The notes: generated by a model from the letters alone, not told the origin. A stretch of 64,000 nt of DNA from Chloroflexota bacterium (GCA_050695655.1 JBOGTU010000005.1:15637-79636); one strand, 5' to 3'; shown: positions 51,051 to 60,891, numbered from the stretch's first letter. Numbers and translations are program-made.

Positions 51051-53003
51051 CTAGGCTACAAACAGGGCGACGATGAGATCGATGAGCTTGATGCCGATGA
51101 ACGGGGCGATGATGCCGCCAATGCCGTAGATCGTCACGTTGCGCAGCAGCAGGCTGGTGGCACTGCTTGGCCGGTAGTTCACGCCTTTCATGGCTAGCGG
51201 GATGAGCAGCGGAATGATGATGGCGTTGAACATCAGGGCCGACAGGATGGCGCTCCGTGGCGTGGCCAGGCGCATCACGTTGAGCGCCTGGAGCTGAGCA
51301 AACACAGCCACGAAGATCGCCGGGATGATGGCGAAGTACTTGGCCACATCGTTGGCGATGGAGAAGGTGGTGATCGCGCCGCGCGTGATAAGCAGCTGCT
51401 TGCCGATCATGACCACCTCCAACAGCTTGGTGGGGTCAGAGTCCAGGTCAACCATGTTGGCTGCCTCTTTGGCCGCGCTGGTGCCGGAGTTCATTGCCAG
51501 GGCCACGTCCGCCTGGGCCAATGCCGGCGCGTCGTTGGTTCCGTCGCCGGTCATGGCCACCAGCTTCCCGTCGGACTGTTCGCGCTTAATGAGCGCGATC
51601 TTGTCTTCCGGCTTGGCCTGGGCGAGGAAGTCGTCCACGCCGGCCTCTCTGGCGATGGTGGCAGCAGTGAGCGGATTGTCACCGGTCACCATGACAGTCC
51701 TGATGCCCATTGCCCGCAGATCATCGAAACGCTGGCTGATTCCTGGCTTGACTGTGTCCTTCAGGTAAATCAGGCCATAGACCTCCTTGTTCACAGCGAC
51801 GGCCAACGGCGTGCCCCCTTCGCTGCCGATGCGGTCAGCCTCGGTCGTGAGGTCCAGCGGCACGGTGTCCACCAGCGCGGTGATGGCGTCCACGGCGCCC
51901 TTCATGATCTTGTGGCCGTGGTTGCGGACGCCGCTCATGCGTGTCTCAGCGGTGAAGGGGATGAGCTCCGCGCCGCTGGGCAGCGCACGATTTTCCACAC
52001 CGAGCTTCTCCGCCAGCGCGACGATGGACTTGCCTTCGGGAGTGCTGTCGGCGACCGAGGAGGCCATCGCCGCCTCGGCCAGCTCGCGCTCGTCGTGGCC
52101 GTTGACGGGGATGAACTGGAACGCCAGTCGGTTGCCAAAGGTGATGGTGCCCGTTTTGTCCAACAGCAGGGTGTTGATGTCGCCCGCGGCCTCCACAGCC
52201 TTGCCCGACATGGCCAGGACGTTGAAGCGGGTTACGCGATCCATGCCGGCGATGCCAATGGCCGACAGCAGCGCGCCAATCGTGGTTGGGATGAGGCACA
52301 CCAGCAGAGCGATCAGCGTGGCCACGTCCACCGGCGCTCCCAGGAAGGCTGCGAACGGCGCCAGCGTCACGGTGACGATGAGGAAGATGATGGTGAACAC
52401 CGCTAGTAAGACCGTGAGCGCGATCTCGTTGGGCGTCTTCTGCCGCTTGGCGCCTTCGACCAGGGCAATCATGCGGTCCAGGAAGGTCTCGCCCGGATTG
52501 GCACTGATCTGAATCTTGAGGGTATCGCTGATGATCTGCGTGCCGCCGGTGACGGAGCTGCGAATGTCGGTCCCCGGCTCCTTCAGGACGGGGGCCGATT
52601 CGCCGGTTATGGCCGACTCATTCACGTAGGCCACGCCCTCGATGACGTCGCCGTCGCCGGGGATGACATCGGTTGCCTCCACGAAGACGATGTCGCCCTT
52701 GCACAGGTCCGACGAGGAGATGGTCTTGATCGAGCCGCCCAACAGGACCTTTTTGGCCGGCGTTTCCTTCTTGGTGCGGCGCAAGGTGTCCGCTTGGGCG
52801 CGGCCGCGCGCTTCGGCCAGCGCCTCGGCGTAGTTGGCGAACAGCACCGTGAGCACCAGGATCACGGTGACGGCCAGGTTGTAGCCCCGGCTGGCCGCGG
52901 TCGAGCCAAAGATGGTCGGCGAAACGGTCAGCAGCAGGGTCAGCAGCGAACCGATCTCGACCACGAACATCACCGGGTTCTTGACCATCCAGCGCGGGTC
53001 CAT
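51051..53003 (-). CDS. kdpB: potassium-transporting P-type ATPase subunit B
   Basis: DKTGTIT phosphorylation motif, [21 protein letters not shown]-like region. Confidence 0.9.
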   Translation of the reverse strand: MDPRWMVKNPVMFVVEIGSLLTLLLTVSPTIFGSTAASRGYNLAVTVILVLTVLFANYAEALAEARGRAQADTLRRTKKETPAKKVLLGGSIKTISSSDLCKGDIVFVEATDVIPGDGDVIEGVAYVNESAITGESAPVLKEPGTDIRSSVTGGTQIISDTLKIQISANPGETFLDRMIALVEGAKRQKTPNEIALTVLLAVFTIIFLIVTVTLAPFAAFLGAPVDVATLIALLVCLIPTTIGALLSAIGIAGMDRVTRFNVLAMSGKAVEAAGDINTLLLDKTGTITFGNRLAFQFIPVNGHDERELAEAAMASSVADSTPEGKSIVALAEKLGVENRALPSGAELIPFTAETRMSGVRNHGHKIMKGAVDAITALVDTVPLDLTTEADRIGSEGGTPLAVAVNKEVYGLIYLKDTVKPGISQRFDDLRAMGIRTVMVTGDNPLTAATIAREAGVDDFLAQAKPEDKIALIKREQSDGKLVAMTGDGTNDAPALAQADVALAMNSGTSAAKEAANMVDLDSDPTKLLEVVMIGKQLLITRGAITTFSIANDVAKYFAIIPAIFVAVFAQLQALNVMRLATPRSAILSALMFNAIIIPLLIPLAMKGVNYRPSSATSLLLRNVTIYGIGGIIAPFIGIKLIDLIVALFVA

Positions 53004-53087
53004 CTTGATGATCGCTTGCCCAAAGGCGGGGATGAGGATATGTGGAGCGAACGTCTTGGTCTCGCGTTTGTTCGTGTGTGCTTCTCC

Positions 53088-54881
53088 TCAGCTGGCCGCG
53101 GCCTGGAAGGTTCGGCCGGCCGCGATGGCCAGCTGTTCGGCGATTGGCCCGAGCGCCAGCACCGGGAAGAATGTCAGCGCGCCGACAATGAGGACGGTGC
53201 CCACCAGTACGCCGGCGAATACCCAGTTGTCGGTGCGCATCGTGCCGGTTGTCACGGGCACCGGCTTCTTGGTGGCCAGCGACCCGGCCAGCGCCAGCAT
53301 GAGGACGATGGACACGTAGCGCCCCAGGATGACCACGATCCCTCCGCTGACGTTGAACCAGGGCGTGTTGCCGTTCAGGCCGGCGAAGGCGGAGCCGTTG
53401 TTCGCCGCCTGGGAGGTGTACATGTACAGCAGCTCCGTGAAGCCATGCGGATTGGGGTTGGGGATGGAGCTGAGGTCCAGGCGCAGGGCCAAGGTGATGG
53501 CCATGAACCCCAGTATGAGCAGCGGATGCATGAGAAAGGCGAACGAGGCCAGCTTCACCTCGCGGGCCTCGATCTTCTTGCCCAGGAACTCCGGCGTGCG
53601 CCCAACCATGAGCCCGGTGAGGAACACGCCGAGGATGGCGAAGATGATGAGATTGATGAAGCCCACGCCCTTGCCTCCAAACACCATGTTCAGCAGCATT
53701 TCCGAAATCGGCGCGATGCTGCCGGCCGGCGTCAGGCTGTCGTGCATCGCATCGACCGAGCCGGTCGTGAAGGCGGTGGTGGCCGTGACGAACAGGGCTG
53801 TTTGCGCCTGCCCGAAGCGCACCTCTTTACCCTCCATGTTGCCTTGCGCCGCGCTCACGCCGATGCCGGTCAGCAGCGGGTTACCCATCTTCTCCGGCAC
53901 ATAAGCCAGCACCAGAAAGGCGATGAAGAAGGCGGCCATCGCGCCGAAGAACATCGACGCCTGCTTCTTGCGGTGCAGCATGATACCCAGGGCGTGGATG
54001 AGCGAGGTGGGGATGGCGGCCATCAACAGGATCTCGAGCACGTTGGTGATGGGGCTGGGGTTCTCGAAGGGATGGGCCGAATTAGCGTTGAACCAGCCGC
54101 CGCCGTTAGTCCCCAGGTGCTTGATGCTGGCCAGAGCCGCGATGGGTCCGCGGGTGATCGTCTGCTGACCCTGTGCGGTGGCGGAGGGTGTTCCTGCCGG
54201 AGTGGGCGTGGCGCCAGGCGCGGGCGACGCGGGTGTAAGCGGTCCGTTCAAAGTGGTCACGGTTTGGGCGCCGGCGAACGTGGCGGGAATGCCGAGCCCG
54301 ACGAAAGCGATGCCGACCACAAGGGAAATCGGCAGCATGATGCGCGTGATGGCCCGCGTCAGGTCGACATAGAAGTTGCCCAGGTTCACGCTTCCGCCGA
54401 GCCCGCGGATGAAGGCGATGCCGCAGGCCAGGCCGGTCGCCGCGGACGTGAACATGGGGAAGATGAGCCCGAACATCTGGCTCAAATACGAGAATGTGCT
54501 TTCGCCAGCGTAATTTTGCCAGTCCGTATTGGTGATGAAGCTGCTGGCCTGCATGAACGCAAGGAGCGGATTGATGGACCCCTGGCTGTCGGGGTTCAAT
54601 GCGCCGAACAGCGGCAGGTGCTGCACCTCCAGCGTGGCAAAGATCAACAGCCACATCGCCAGGTTCGTCAGGAGCATGGCCTTCACATAAGCCGGCCATC
54701 GCATCTGCTGCTCGGGCTTGATGCCGCACGCCCGGTAGATAACTCCGTCGATGGGGTTCAGCACCGGGTCGGCAAGGGTGGGCTTGAGCATGAACACGGC
54801 GGCGATGTACCGGCCGAGTGGGAAGACGATGGCGAAGGCCAGCGCGAGGACGATGACCATCTGGAGGATGTCGAAGACCAT
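53088..54881 (-). CDS. kdpA: potassium-transporting ATPase subunit A
   Basis: KdpA channel-like subunit; ...NTDWQNYAGESTFSYLSQM... conserved region; ~10 TM. Confidence 0.9.
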   Translation of the reverse strand: MVFDILQMVIVLALAFAIVFPLGRYIAAVFMLKPTLADPVLNPIDGVIYRACGIKPEQQMRWPAYVKAMLLTNLAMWLLIFATLEVQHLPLFGALNPDSQGSINPLLAFMQASSFITNTDWQNYAGESTFSYLSQMFGLIFPMFTSAATGLACGIAFIRGLGGSVNLGNFYVDLTRAITRIMLPISLVVGIAFVGLGIPATFAGAQTVTTLNGPLTPASPAPGATPTPAGTPSATAQGQQTITRGPIAALASIKHLGTNGGGWFNANSAHPFENPSPITNVLEILLMAAIPTSLIHALGIMLHRKKQASMFFGAMAAFFIAFLVLAYVPEKMGNPLLTGIGVSAAQGNMEGKEVRFGQAQTALFVTATTAFTTGSVDAMHDSLTPAGSIAPISEMLLNMVFGGKGVGFINLIIFAILGVFLTGLMVGRTPEFLGKKIEAREVKLASFAFLMHPLLILGFMAITLALRLDLSSIPNPNPHGFTELLYMYTSQAANNGSAFAGLNGNTPWFNVSGGIVVILGRYVSIVLMLALAGSLATKKPVPVTTGTMRTDNWVFAGVLVGTVLIVGALTFFPVLALGPIAEQLAIAAGRTFQAAAS

Positions 54882-54971
54882 CTAGAACTTCTCCGGGCGC
54901 AACAGCGCGTACACGAGATACGCGAAGGTGAACAAGACGGTGAGAAGCAGGAGCACCATGCCGGCCGTCAT
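54882..54971 (-). CDS. kdpF: potassium-transporting ATPase subunit F (29-aa membrane peptide)
   Basis: Hand translation: MTAGMVLLLLTVLFTFAYLVYALLRPEKF*. Immediately upstream of kdpA; not in the ORF track. Confidence 0.6.
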   Translation of the reverse strand: MTAGMVLLLLTVLFTFAYLVYALLRPEKF

Positions 54972-55234
54972 GACACACGCACCTTTGAAGGCGGTTCAGC
55001 GTCTTGATGTCTCCCTTCGACCAACAACTGTGGTGACGACAAGCCGCGCTTAACCACCGCCCATATCGCGGTATCCTGGTGCCGCCTCGGCGTGCCTTTG
55101 GGGTAGGTCGCGGCCAGGATGACGTGCAGCTCGCACGCCTCACGAGCCGCAAAGCGCAGCGACGTCTGCAGTACCTCTTCGTCATTTGGCGCTCCTGATA
55201 GAAGCACCGAGATACGCGCGGACTTCACACCCAC
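54968..55234 (-). CDS. USP-like mini-protein (N-terminal half of a universal stress protein fold), hypothetical
   Basis: ARISVLLSGAPNDEEVLQTSLRFAAREACELHVILAA resembles a USP N-terminus. Its stop overlaps the kdpF start (ATGA). Confidence 0.3.
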   Translation of the reverse strand: MGVKSARISVLLSGAPNDEEVLQTSLRFAAREACELHVILAATYPKGTPRRHQDTAIWAVVKRGLSSPQLLVEGRHQDAEPPSKVRVS

Positions 55235-55515
55235 GAATCACCTCCGGTGAGCTGGAGCTCATCTACTGTGGCTGTTTGGGTTGGTTGCACTCGGTGCTCG
55301 ATCCGGCATTTGGGTGCCTTCAATCCTTCCCTGATGTCGAGCAACCAGCAGGTGAAGTCGAGGTGTTGCTCGATGAGAGCTGCGTCGCCTTGCGCGCAGA
55401 TGAATGCGCGGAGCAGGCCGCGGCGTTTCGCTGCAAAACGCATCACCATCTCGATGACGGCGGCGTCATTCCCGGTCCCCGTTGAGCACGCGCGATATGG
55501 CCACGCACTCAACAT
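55225..55515 (-). CDS. second USP-like mini-ORF (paralogous to 54968-55234), hypothetical
   Basis: ...TGTGNDAAVIEMVMRFAAKRRGLLRAFICAQ aligns with the neighbouring mini-ORF (ND...V...RFAA...L.A). May be a decayed USP gene. Confidence 0.2.
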   Translation of the reverse strand: MLSAWPYRACSTGTGNDAAVIEMVMRFAAKRRGLLRAFICAQGDAALIEQHLDFTCWLLDIREGLKAPKCRIEHRVQPTQTATVDELQLTGGDSWV

Positions 55516-55694
55516 AGGTGGCGGGTATTAGGAAAGCATTTCAGACGCGGCCGCCCGAAATTAGGATTTTGTTAGGGTCAACGCGCGCCATCGTCACAGG
55601 TTGGTGGCCGTGGGGTTGATGCTCGCCAATGTCGGAGCATCGCAGAGGTCGACAGTGCCGGGGTGTGGGCAGCGGGATCAGGGCCTGCTGGCGC

Positions 55695-56861
55695 TTACAC
55701 GGCCCCCTGCTGCTGGAGCGCCGCCACTTCGGCTTCCGTGTAGCCGATCTCGGCCAGGATCTCGGCCGTGTGCTGGCCTTGCTCCGGCGCGGGGGTGCGG
55801 ATGCTGGCCGGCGTGCGGGCCAGATTCACACCGGGGCCCATGAGCGTGATATCGCCCAGCTGTGGGTGATGCACTGTGGCGCGCAGGGGCAGCGTTTGCA
55901 CCTGCTCGTTCTCAAAGCACTGCTCGACATTGAGGATGGGCCCTGCTGGCACCCCTACCTCGGCCAGGAGGCGCATCCACTCCGCCATTGTGCGCGTGCC
56001 GATGCGCGTGTCGATCGCAGCGTCCAACGCGGCGCGATGGGTGAAGCGATCGCGCATGTTGGCGAAGCGCGGGTCCGCGAGCAGTTCCGGCGCTTCGATG
56101 GCCTGACACAGCCGGGTGAACAGGGTTTGGCCGGCAGCCTGGATGATGAGCCTGCCATCACTCGCCTGGTACACTCCAGTGGGCGCCTGGATGGGGTGGT
56201 TGTTGCCGACTTGCTGGGGAACCTCACCCGCCATGAGCCAGCGCACCGCCTGAAACTCCATGGTGTGGATCATCGCTTGCAGCAGCGACGTGTGCACCCA
56301 CTGTCCGCGGCCGGAGCGCTCGCGCTCGAGCAGCGCCACTGCCACGCCGTAGGCGGCCATGAAGCCGGCGCTCAGGTCCGCGATGGGCAGGCCCACGCGC
56401 ATCGGGCCCTCGCCCGGCGGGCCATTCACGGTCATCACGCCGGACATGCCCTGCGCGATCTGGTCAAGCCCCGGCCGGTCACGATCCGGCCCGGTCTGGC
56501 CGAAGCCGGAGATGCTGGCGTAGACCAGCCGCGGGTTCACTTCGGCCAGTGTGTCGTAGTCGATCTTCAGCCGGTGCTTCACATCGGGCCGGAAGTTCTC
56601 CACCAGCACGTCCGAGCGCTCCACCAGGCGCAGCAGCACCTGGCGTGCAGGCTCGGTTTTGAGGTTCAGGGTGAGGTTGCGTTTGTTGACGTGCAGGTTC
56701 TGATAGTCATAGTGGTGCCGGCCGGTCATGATGTTCTCTTCCGTGCCGGGAATCTCAATCTGGATAACGTCCGCGCCCATCTGGCTCAGCAGGCGCACGC
56801 AGGTGGGCCCGGAACGGGCCCGCGTCAGGTCAATGACCTTGATGTGGTCGAGCGGCTGCAT
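55695..56861 (-). CDS. CoA-transferase family III (CaiB/BaiF) protein
   Basis: ...IKVIDLTRARSGPTCVRLLSQMGADVIQIE... typical CaiB N-terminus. The C-terminal 38 codons (55700-55813) are duplicated at 46759-46872. Confidence 0.8.
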   Translation of the reverse strand: MQPLDHIKVIDLTRARSGPTCVRLLSQMGADVIQIEIPGTEENIMTGRHHYDYQNLHVNKRNLTLNLKTEPARQVLLRLVERSDVLVENFRPDVKHRLKIDYDTLAEVNPRLVYASISGFGQTGPDRDRPGLDQIAQGMSGVMTVNGPPGEGPMRVGLPIADLSAGFMAAYGVAVALLERERSGRGQWVHTSLLQAMIHTMEFQAVRWLMAGEVPQQVGNNHPIQAPTGVYQASDGRLIIQAAGQTLFTRLCQAIEAPELLADPRFANMRDRFTHRAALDAAIDTRIGTRTMAEWMRLLAEVGVPAGPILNVEQCFENEQVQTLPLRATVHHPQLGDITLMGPGVNLARTPASIRTPAPEQGQHTAEILAEIGYTEAEVAALQQQGAV

Positions 56862-56895
56862 CAGTTCGCTCACGGCCTGGTGGTTTGGCAGACCT

Positions 56896-57243
56896 TCAAC
56901 CGCGTGCCGAGGCAATCGTCGCTCGAACCACACCGGCCAGCTCGTCCACACGTCCATCGAGCTTGGACACACCTTGCTGCACCAGGACCAGATTCCTGCG
57001 CACTTCGGCGATGTCGGCCTTCAATTCGGTCCGGAACTCGGCCACGTCGGCCTTCAATTCGGTCCGGAGCTCGGCCACGTCGGCCTTCAATTCTGTACGG
57101 AGGCCGGTGAAATCGCCTTTCAGTTCGGTATGGACGCCGTCGATCCGCTGCTCCAGCCGGCTGAAGAGCGCCCAGATGAAGACGGCCAGCGCGACGCTGA
57201 AGCTGCCCACCGTGGTCAGCGTGCCAATCAATGTCGCGCTCAT
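56896..57243 (-). CDS. small membrane-anchored coiled-coil protein with 11-aa tandem repeats
   Basis: N-terminal TM helix, then (LRTELKADVAE)x4 encoded by 33-bp perfect tandem repeats. Confidence 0.5.
   Translation of the reverse strand: MSATLIGTLTTVGSFSVALAVFIWALFSRLEQRIDGVHTELKGDFTGLRTELKADVAELRTELKADVAEFRTELKADIAEVRRNLVLVQQGVSKLDGRVDELAGVVRATIASARG
57015..57113. repeat. 33-bp tandem repeat x3 (cggccttcaattcggtccggaactcggccacgt) plus degenerate flanking copies
   Basis: Read directly from the sequence. In-frame within CDS 56896-57243. Confidence 0.85.
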
Positions 57244-57427
57244 TGGTCGTAGTGTACGCGCTGAGCCTTGTCGAGTGAAGGAAGCCGGGATCTCCGGAAA
57301 AGAAGTCGCGCTGGAAACAGCACGCCTCCCGTCCTAGGCCGCTCCACCTGACCGCCGGCGGGATTCCGGCTAAGCTGCTGCCCCCATCGCTTACAGTGCC
57401 AGCCGCTGGGTCAGGGCATCCTCGCTT

Positions 57428-58702
57428 CTAGCCCTCCACGAGCCGCGTGCCAGCGTGCACGGGCGGCTCGCGGCGCACCATGTGGCGTTCCATCAGCTCC
57501 TGCCAGGGGATGGAGCGATCCGCGGTCATGGCCAGCGATCGGATGTTGAACGCCTGGGGATCGCGCGGTTCGGCCGGCTCGGCGCCCCGCTGCAACGCCT
57601 TGAGCTGCTTGAGCAGCCGCTGGCGGGTGGCGATGACGCCGAGGTCGCTGGTACCCAGGTGCTCCGTGGTGCGGTCGGAGATGGGGCCTTTCTGGTCTTC
57701 CTGAACGGCCATGTCTTGCACGCGAATGCCAGGGATGCCGGTGAAGGACTTGGTCTTCTGGTCGGCGCGGCTGATCAAATACTCGTTGGCCTTGTTCTGG
57801 ACGGGGTGAAAGTGCTCGTCCGTCTCCACCGCCGGCCCCATGTGGATGGTGCCCTCGGGGTTGAAGAACACGGTCATGCCGATCATGTTCGTATCGTCCA
57901 CCGGCACCGCGCCGGTGAAGATGTAGCTGCCGCCAGCCGGCCCCTGCCCGGTATAGCCCATGGGCCCGGGTACGATGGTGAAGCTGGGCAGCAGGTAAGG
58001 CGTGATGCGCCAGTAATACTGGTCCGGGCCAGCATCGCGCCGGGCAGCGATCGCCAGCCCCCAAGCCGTCTCCAGCACGCTGAACACGGGGTGCGTGTCG
58101 CTGTTGCCGCCGGCCGCGCGCTGGCCATCGGCCCCCAGCGTGCTGTGCAGGAAGGAGACGTGCGAGGAATCGACCTCACCCTCCAGGTTCTGCAGCCAGT
58201 TGCAGTACTGCAGGCGCTTGGATGCCACGCGATGATCCGCCGCCAGCCGCATCCACTCCATATCGGGCAGAGGCGGCGTGTCTTCGCGGGCACCCATGTA
58301 GATCCAGATCACACCGCCGCGGTCTTCCGCCTGGTAGGCCTTGACGCGGATCTTCTCCGCGAAGCGGCTGGTAGGCGGCTCGTTGGGCATGTCCACGCAC
58401 TGCCCGTCCGTGGCGAACTTCCAGCCGTGGTAGATGCAGCGCAGGCCCTCCTCCTCATTTCGGCCCCAGAAGAGGTTGGCGTTGCGGTGCGGGCACCACG
58501 TTTCGATAACGCCCACTTTGCCGCTCGTTGTGCGAAAGGTCACCATATCCTCGCCCAGCAGGCGCAGCTTCACCGGTGCGCAGTCCGGCTCGGGCAGCTC
58601 AGTGGAGAGCATGGCCGGCAGCCAGTAGCGCCGGAACACGTCACCCATCGGCGTCCCCGGCCCCACCTGCGTGATGAGCTGATTATCCGTGCGGCTCAGC
58701 AT
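57428..58702 (-). CDS. Rieske [2Fe-2S] non-heme iron oxygenase alpha subunit (phthalate-family type)
   Basis: Rieske CPHRNANLFWG...CIYHGWKF (CxH...CxxH) and mononuclear Fe motif NLEGEVDSSHVSFLH. ORF track extends to 58912; start taken at MLSRT. Confidence 0.75.
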   Translation of the reverse strand: MLSRTDNQLITQVGPGTPMGDVFRRYWLPAMLSTELPEPDCAPVKLRLLGEDMVTFRTTSGKVGVIETWCPHRNANLFWGRNEEEGLRCIYHGWKFATDGQCVDMPNEPPTSRFAEKIRVKAYQAEDRGGVIWIYMGAREDTPPLPDMEWMRLAADHRVASKRLQYCNWLQNLEGEVDSSHVSFLHSTLGADGQRAAGGNSDTHPVFSVLETAWGLAIAARRDAGPDQYYWRITPYLLPSFTIVPGPMGYTGQGPAGGSYIFTGAVPVDDTNMIGMTVFFNPEGTIHMGPAVETDEHFHPVQNKANEYLISRADQKTKSFTGIPGIRVQDMAVQEDQKGPISDRTTEHLGTSDLGVIATRQRLLKQLKALQRGAEPAEPRDPQAFNIRSLAMTADRSIPWQELMERHMVRREPPVHAGTRLVEG

Positions 58703-58923
58703 CTCCCGACTCCTCTGGCAACAGCGTTGAACGTGGCTTTTGTCGCACTCTAGCACACGCTGCTCAGCCCCTGGCTCGCCGGGCTGTCCTGCCGCCCGCG
58801 CTACCGCCTGGCGCTCAGAAGCCGAACGGCCCTCGCCCCCGCCCTCGCCCATCCGGCCGCGGCCGACGGGTAGGGGGAAGCAGCGCGCCTGACGGGCGAG
58901 GGGGGGCAGCATCGTCCTTTCGT

Positions 58924-60363
58924 TCAGGCCACGGTGCGGAGGAGATCGAGGTTGGGCGTGGGGCGCGCCGTGAGCGGGTCGCGCGCGAGGTGGCGCTCCA
59001 GGGCGACGGCGGCGCCAAGCAGGAAGCGATCGGCGCCGGCGCGGGCGCAGAGCTGCAGAGAAAAGGGCGTGCCGTTCGGTGCGAGGCCGCAGGGTAGGGC
59101 AAGGCAGGGCTGGCCGGTAAGCGAGAGGTAATAGGTGGGGGCCAGCCAGGCGTAGTAGGTGGGCAGCTCGCGGCCGCCAACGCGCTGGGCAAAGCCCTGC
59201 TCGATGGGAAAGGGCGCCACGCCGACGGTGGGGCAGACGAGCAAGTCCACCTCCTCGAAGAGCGCTTCCAGCGTTCGATAGAGGCGCGTCGCGGCGACAT
59301 GAGCCTGCGCCACGTCGGCCGCCGTCATGGCCAGGCCCTCCTCATAGTTGGCGACAACGTAGTGGCCCAGCTGGTCGCGCCGCCGCTCGTAGTGCTCGCC
59401 ATACGCGGCCAGGAAATTCTGAGCGCGAATCACGGCGAAGGCGCGATCCGCGGAGGAGAGGTCCAGCGAGGCCCAGTCGCACGAACGAACAACGCTCGCC
59501 AGTGGCTGGGCACGGGCGCGGAACGTCTCCCGTATGGGGGCATCCAGCGGGGCGCCGCCAAGGTCGTCCGACAGGGCGATGCGCAAGCGGCTGAGGTCCG
59601 CCTCGTCCTCACCGCTGCCGGACCACTGGCCGGCGCGGCCGGCCAGCGGGTCGCGACTGTCCGCGGACACAATGGCGCGCAGCAGCAGCCTGGCATCCTC
59701 GACGGATCGTGCCATGGGTCCCTGCACCGTGATCGGCGTCCAGCCCAGAGGCCGCCGCTCGCTTGGCACCAAGCCTGGCGACGGCCGGTAGCCCACCACG
59801 CCGCAGAAGGCCGCGGGTACACGCAGCGATCCGCCGGTGTCCGAACCCGTGCACAGTGGCAGCATGCCCGTGGCCAGCGCCACCGCCGACCCGCCGGACG
59901 ACCCACCGCAGGTGAGCCGTGTGTCGAACGGGTTGCGCGTGGCGCCAAACACGGGGTTCACCGTGTTGGCGCCGGCGCCGAATTCGGGTGTATTGGTTTT
60001 GCCCAGCACGATGCCGCCGGCTTGCCGGACGGCGGCGACCAGCCGCTCGTCCCGAATGGGGACGTTCTCCGCGAAGATAGGCGAGCCGAAGGTGGTGCGT
60101 ACGCCCGCCGTTTCCTGCAGGTCCTTGATGCCGATAGGCAAGCCGTGCAACGGGCCCAGCTCGTCCCCGGCCAGCACGGCACGCTCGGCCGCTTGTGCTT
60201 CGGCCCTCGCACGCTCCTCACACAGCGTGACGAGCGCGTTCACCGCCGGATTCACCGCGCCGATGCGCCCCAGGCAGCTCTCCAGCAGCTCGACCGGCGA
60301 GACCTCACGTGCGCCAATGAGCCGCCGCGCCTCCACCGCGCTGAGGTCGCACAGCTCGTTCAT
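58924..60363 (-). CDS. amidase (amidase-signature family)
   Basis: GGSSGGSAVALATGM signature and Ser-cisSer-Lys context. Confidence 0.85.
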   Translation of the reverse strand: MNELCDLSAVEARRLIGAREVSPVELLESCLGRIGAVNPAVNALVTLCEERARAEAQAAERAVLAGDELGPLHGLPIGIKDLQETAGVRTTFGSPIFAENVPIRDERLVAAVRQAGGIVLGKTNTPEFGAGANTVNPVFGATRNPFDTRLTCGGSSGGSAVALATGMLPLCTGSDTGGSLRVPAAFCGVVGYRPSPGLVPSERRPLGWTPITVQGPMARSVEDARLLLRAIVSADSRDPLAGRAGQWSGSGEDEADLSRLRIALSDDLGGAPLDAPIRETFRARAQPLASVVRSCDWASLDLSSADRAFAVIRAQNFLAAYGEHYERRRDQLGHYVVANYEEGLAMTAADVAQAHVAATRLYRTLEALFEEVDLLVCPTVGVAPFPIEQGFAQRVGGRELPTYYAWLAPTYYLSLTGQPCLALPCGLAPNGTPFSLQLCARAGADRFLLGAAVALERHLARDPLTARPTPNLDLLRTVA

Positions 60364-60375
60364 ACGTGTGTGCCT

Positions 60376-60759
60376 TCAGTGATCCAGGACGGCGATGCCT
60401 TCGATCTCTATGAGCGCGGCGGGCTCAGCCAGGGCCACGCACTGCACCAGGGTGCTGGCAGGTGGCGTGCCGGGCGGGAACAGCGCTGCACGGACTTCCC
60501 CCTGGGCCTGCTGGTAGCGCATGTCCGTGAGGTAGACCGTCACTTTCACGATGTCGCGCAGGCTGCCGCCGGCCTCACGCAGCACAGCGGCCAGCCGCTC
60601 CCAGGCGCGCTGCGCCTGCACACGAATGTCGGGCGAGAGGCTGCCATCCTCGTTGAAGCCGATGGCTCCCGCCAGGTAGATGGTGTTGCCAATTCTCCAG
60701 CCCAGGCTGTAGCGCTCCGGATCCTTGATGCCGGCCGGTTGGATGCGAAGTTTTTCCAT
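60376..60759 (-). CDS. ridA: RidA/YjgF family reactive-intermediate deaminase
   Basis: ...IGNTIYLAGAIGF...DIVKVTVYLTDM..., with conserved C-terminal region. Confidence 0.75.
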   Translation of the reverse strand: MEKLRIQPAGIKDPERYSLGWRIGNTIYLAGAIGFNEDGSLSPDIRVQAQRAWERLAAVLREAGGSLRDIVKVTVYLTDMRYQQAQGEVRAALFPPGTPPASTLVQCVALAEPAALIEIEGIAVLDH

Positions 60760-60891
60760 AGTGCCGGCAATTCTAGGCCCCCGAACGCCACCCACTCTGG
60801 AATGAGAGCCAGCCCGTCATTACGCATCGCTACTATGAAAGCCACCGTTTTGCACTTTGACGTAATGGCTCGCCTTGGCTAGCATCCCAAT

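Noticed and set aside
55629-57110. 493-aa plus-strand ORF
   Set aside because: Antisense to the CoA-transferase gene. Its apparent internal duplication just reflects the 114-bp repeat.
57015-57113. Possible CRISPR-like repeat array
   Set aside because: Units are directly contiguous with no spacers, are 33 bp, and are in-frame within a coding sequence. Called a coding tandem repeat instead.
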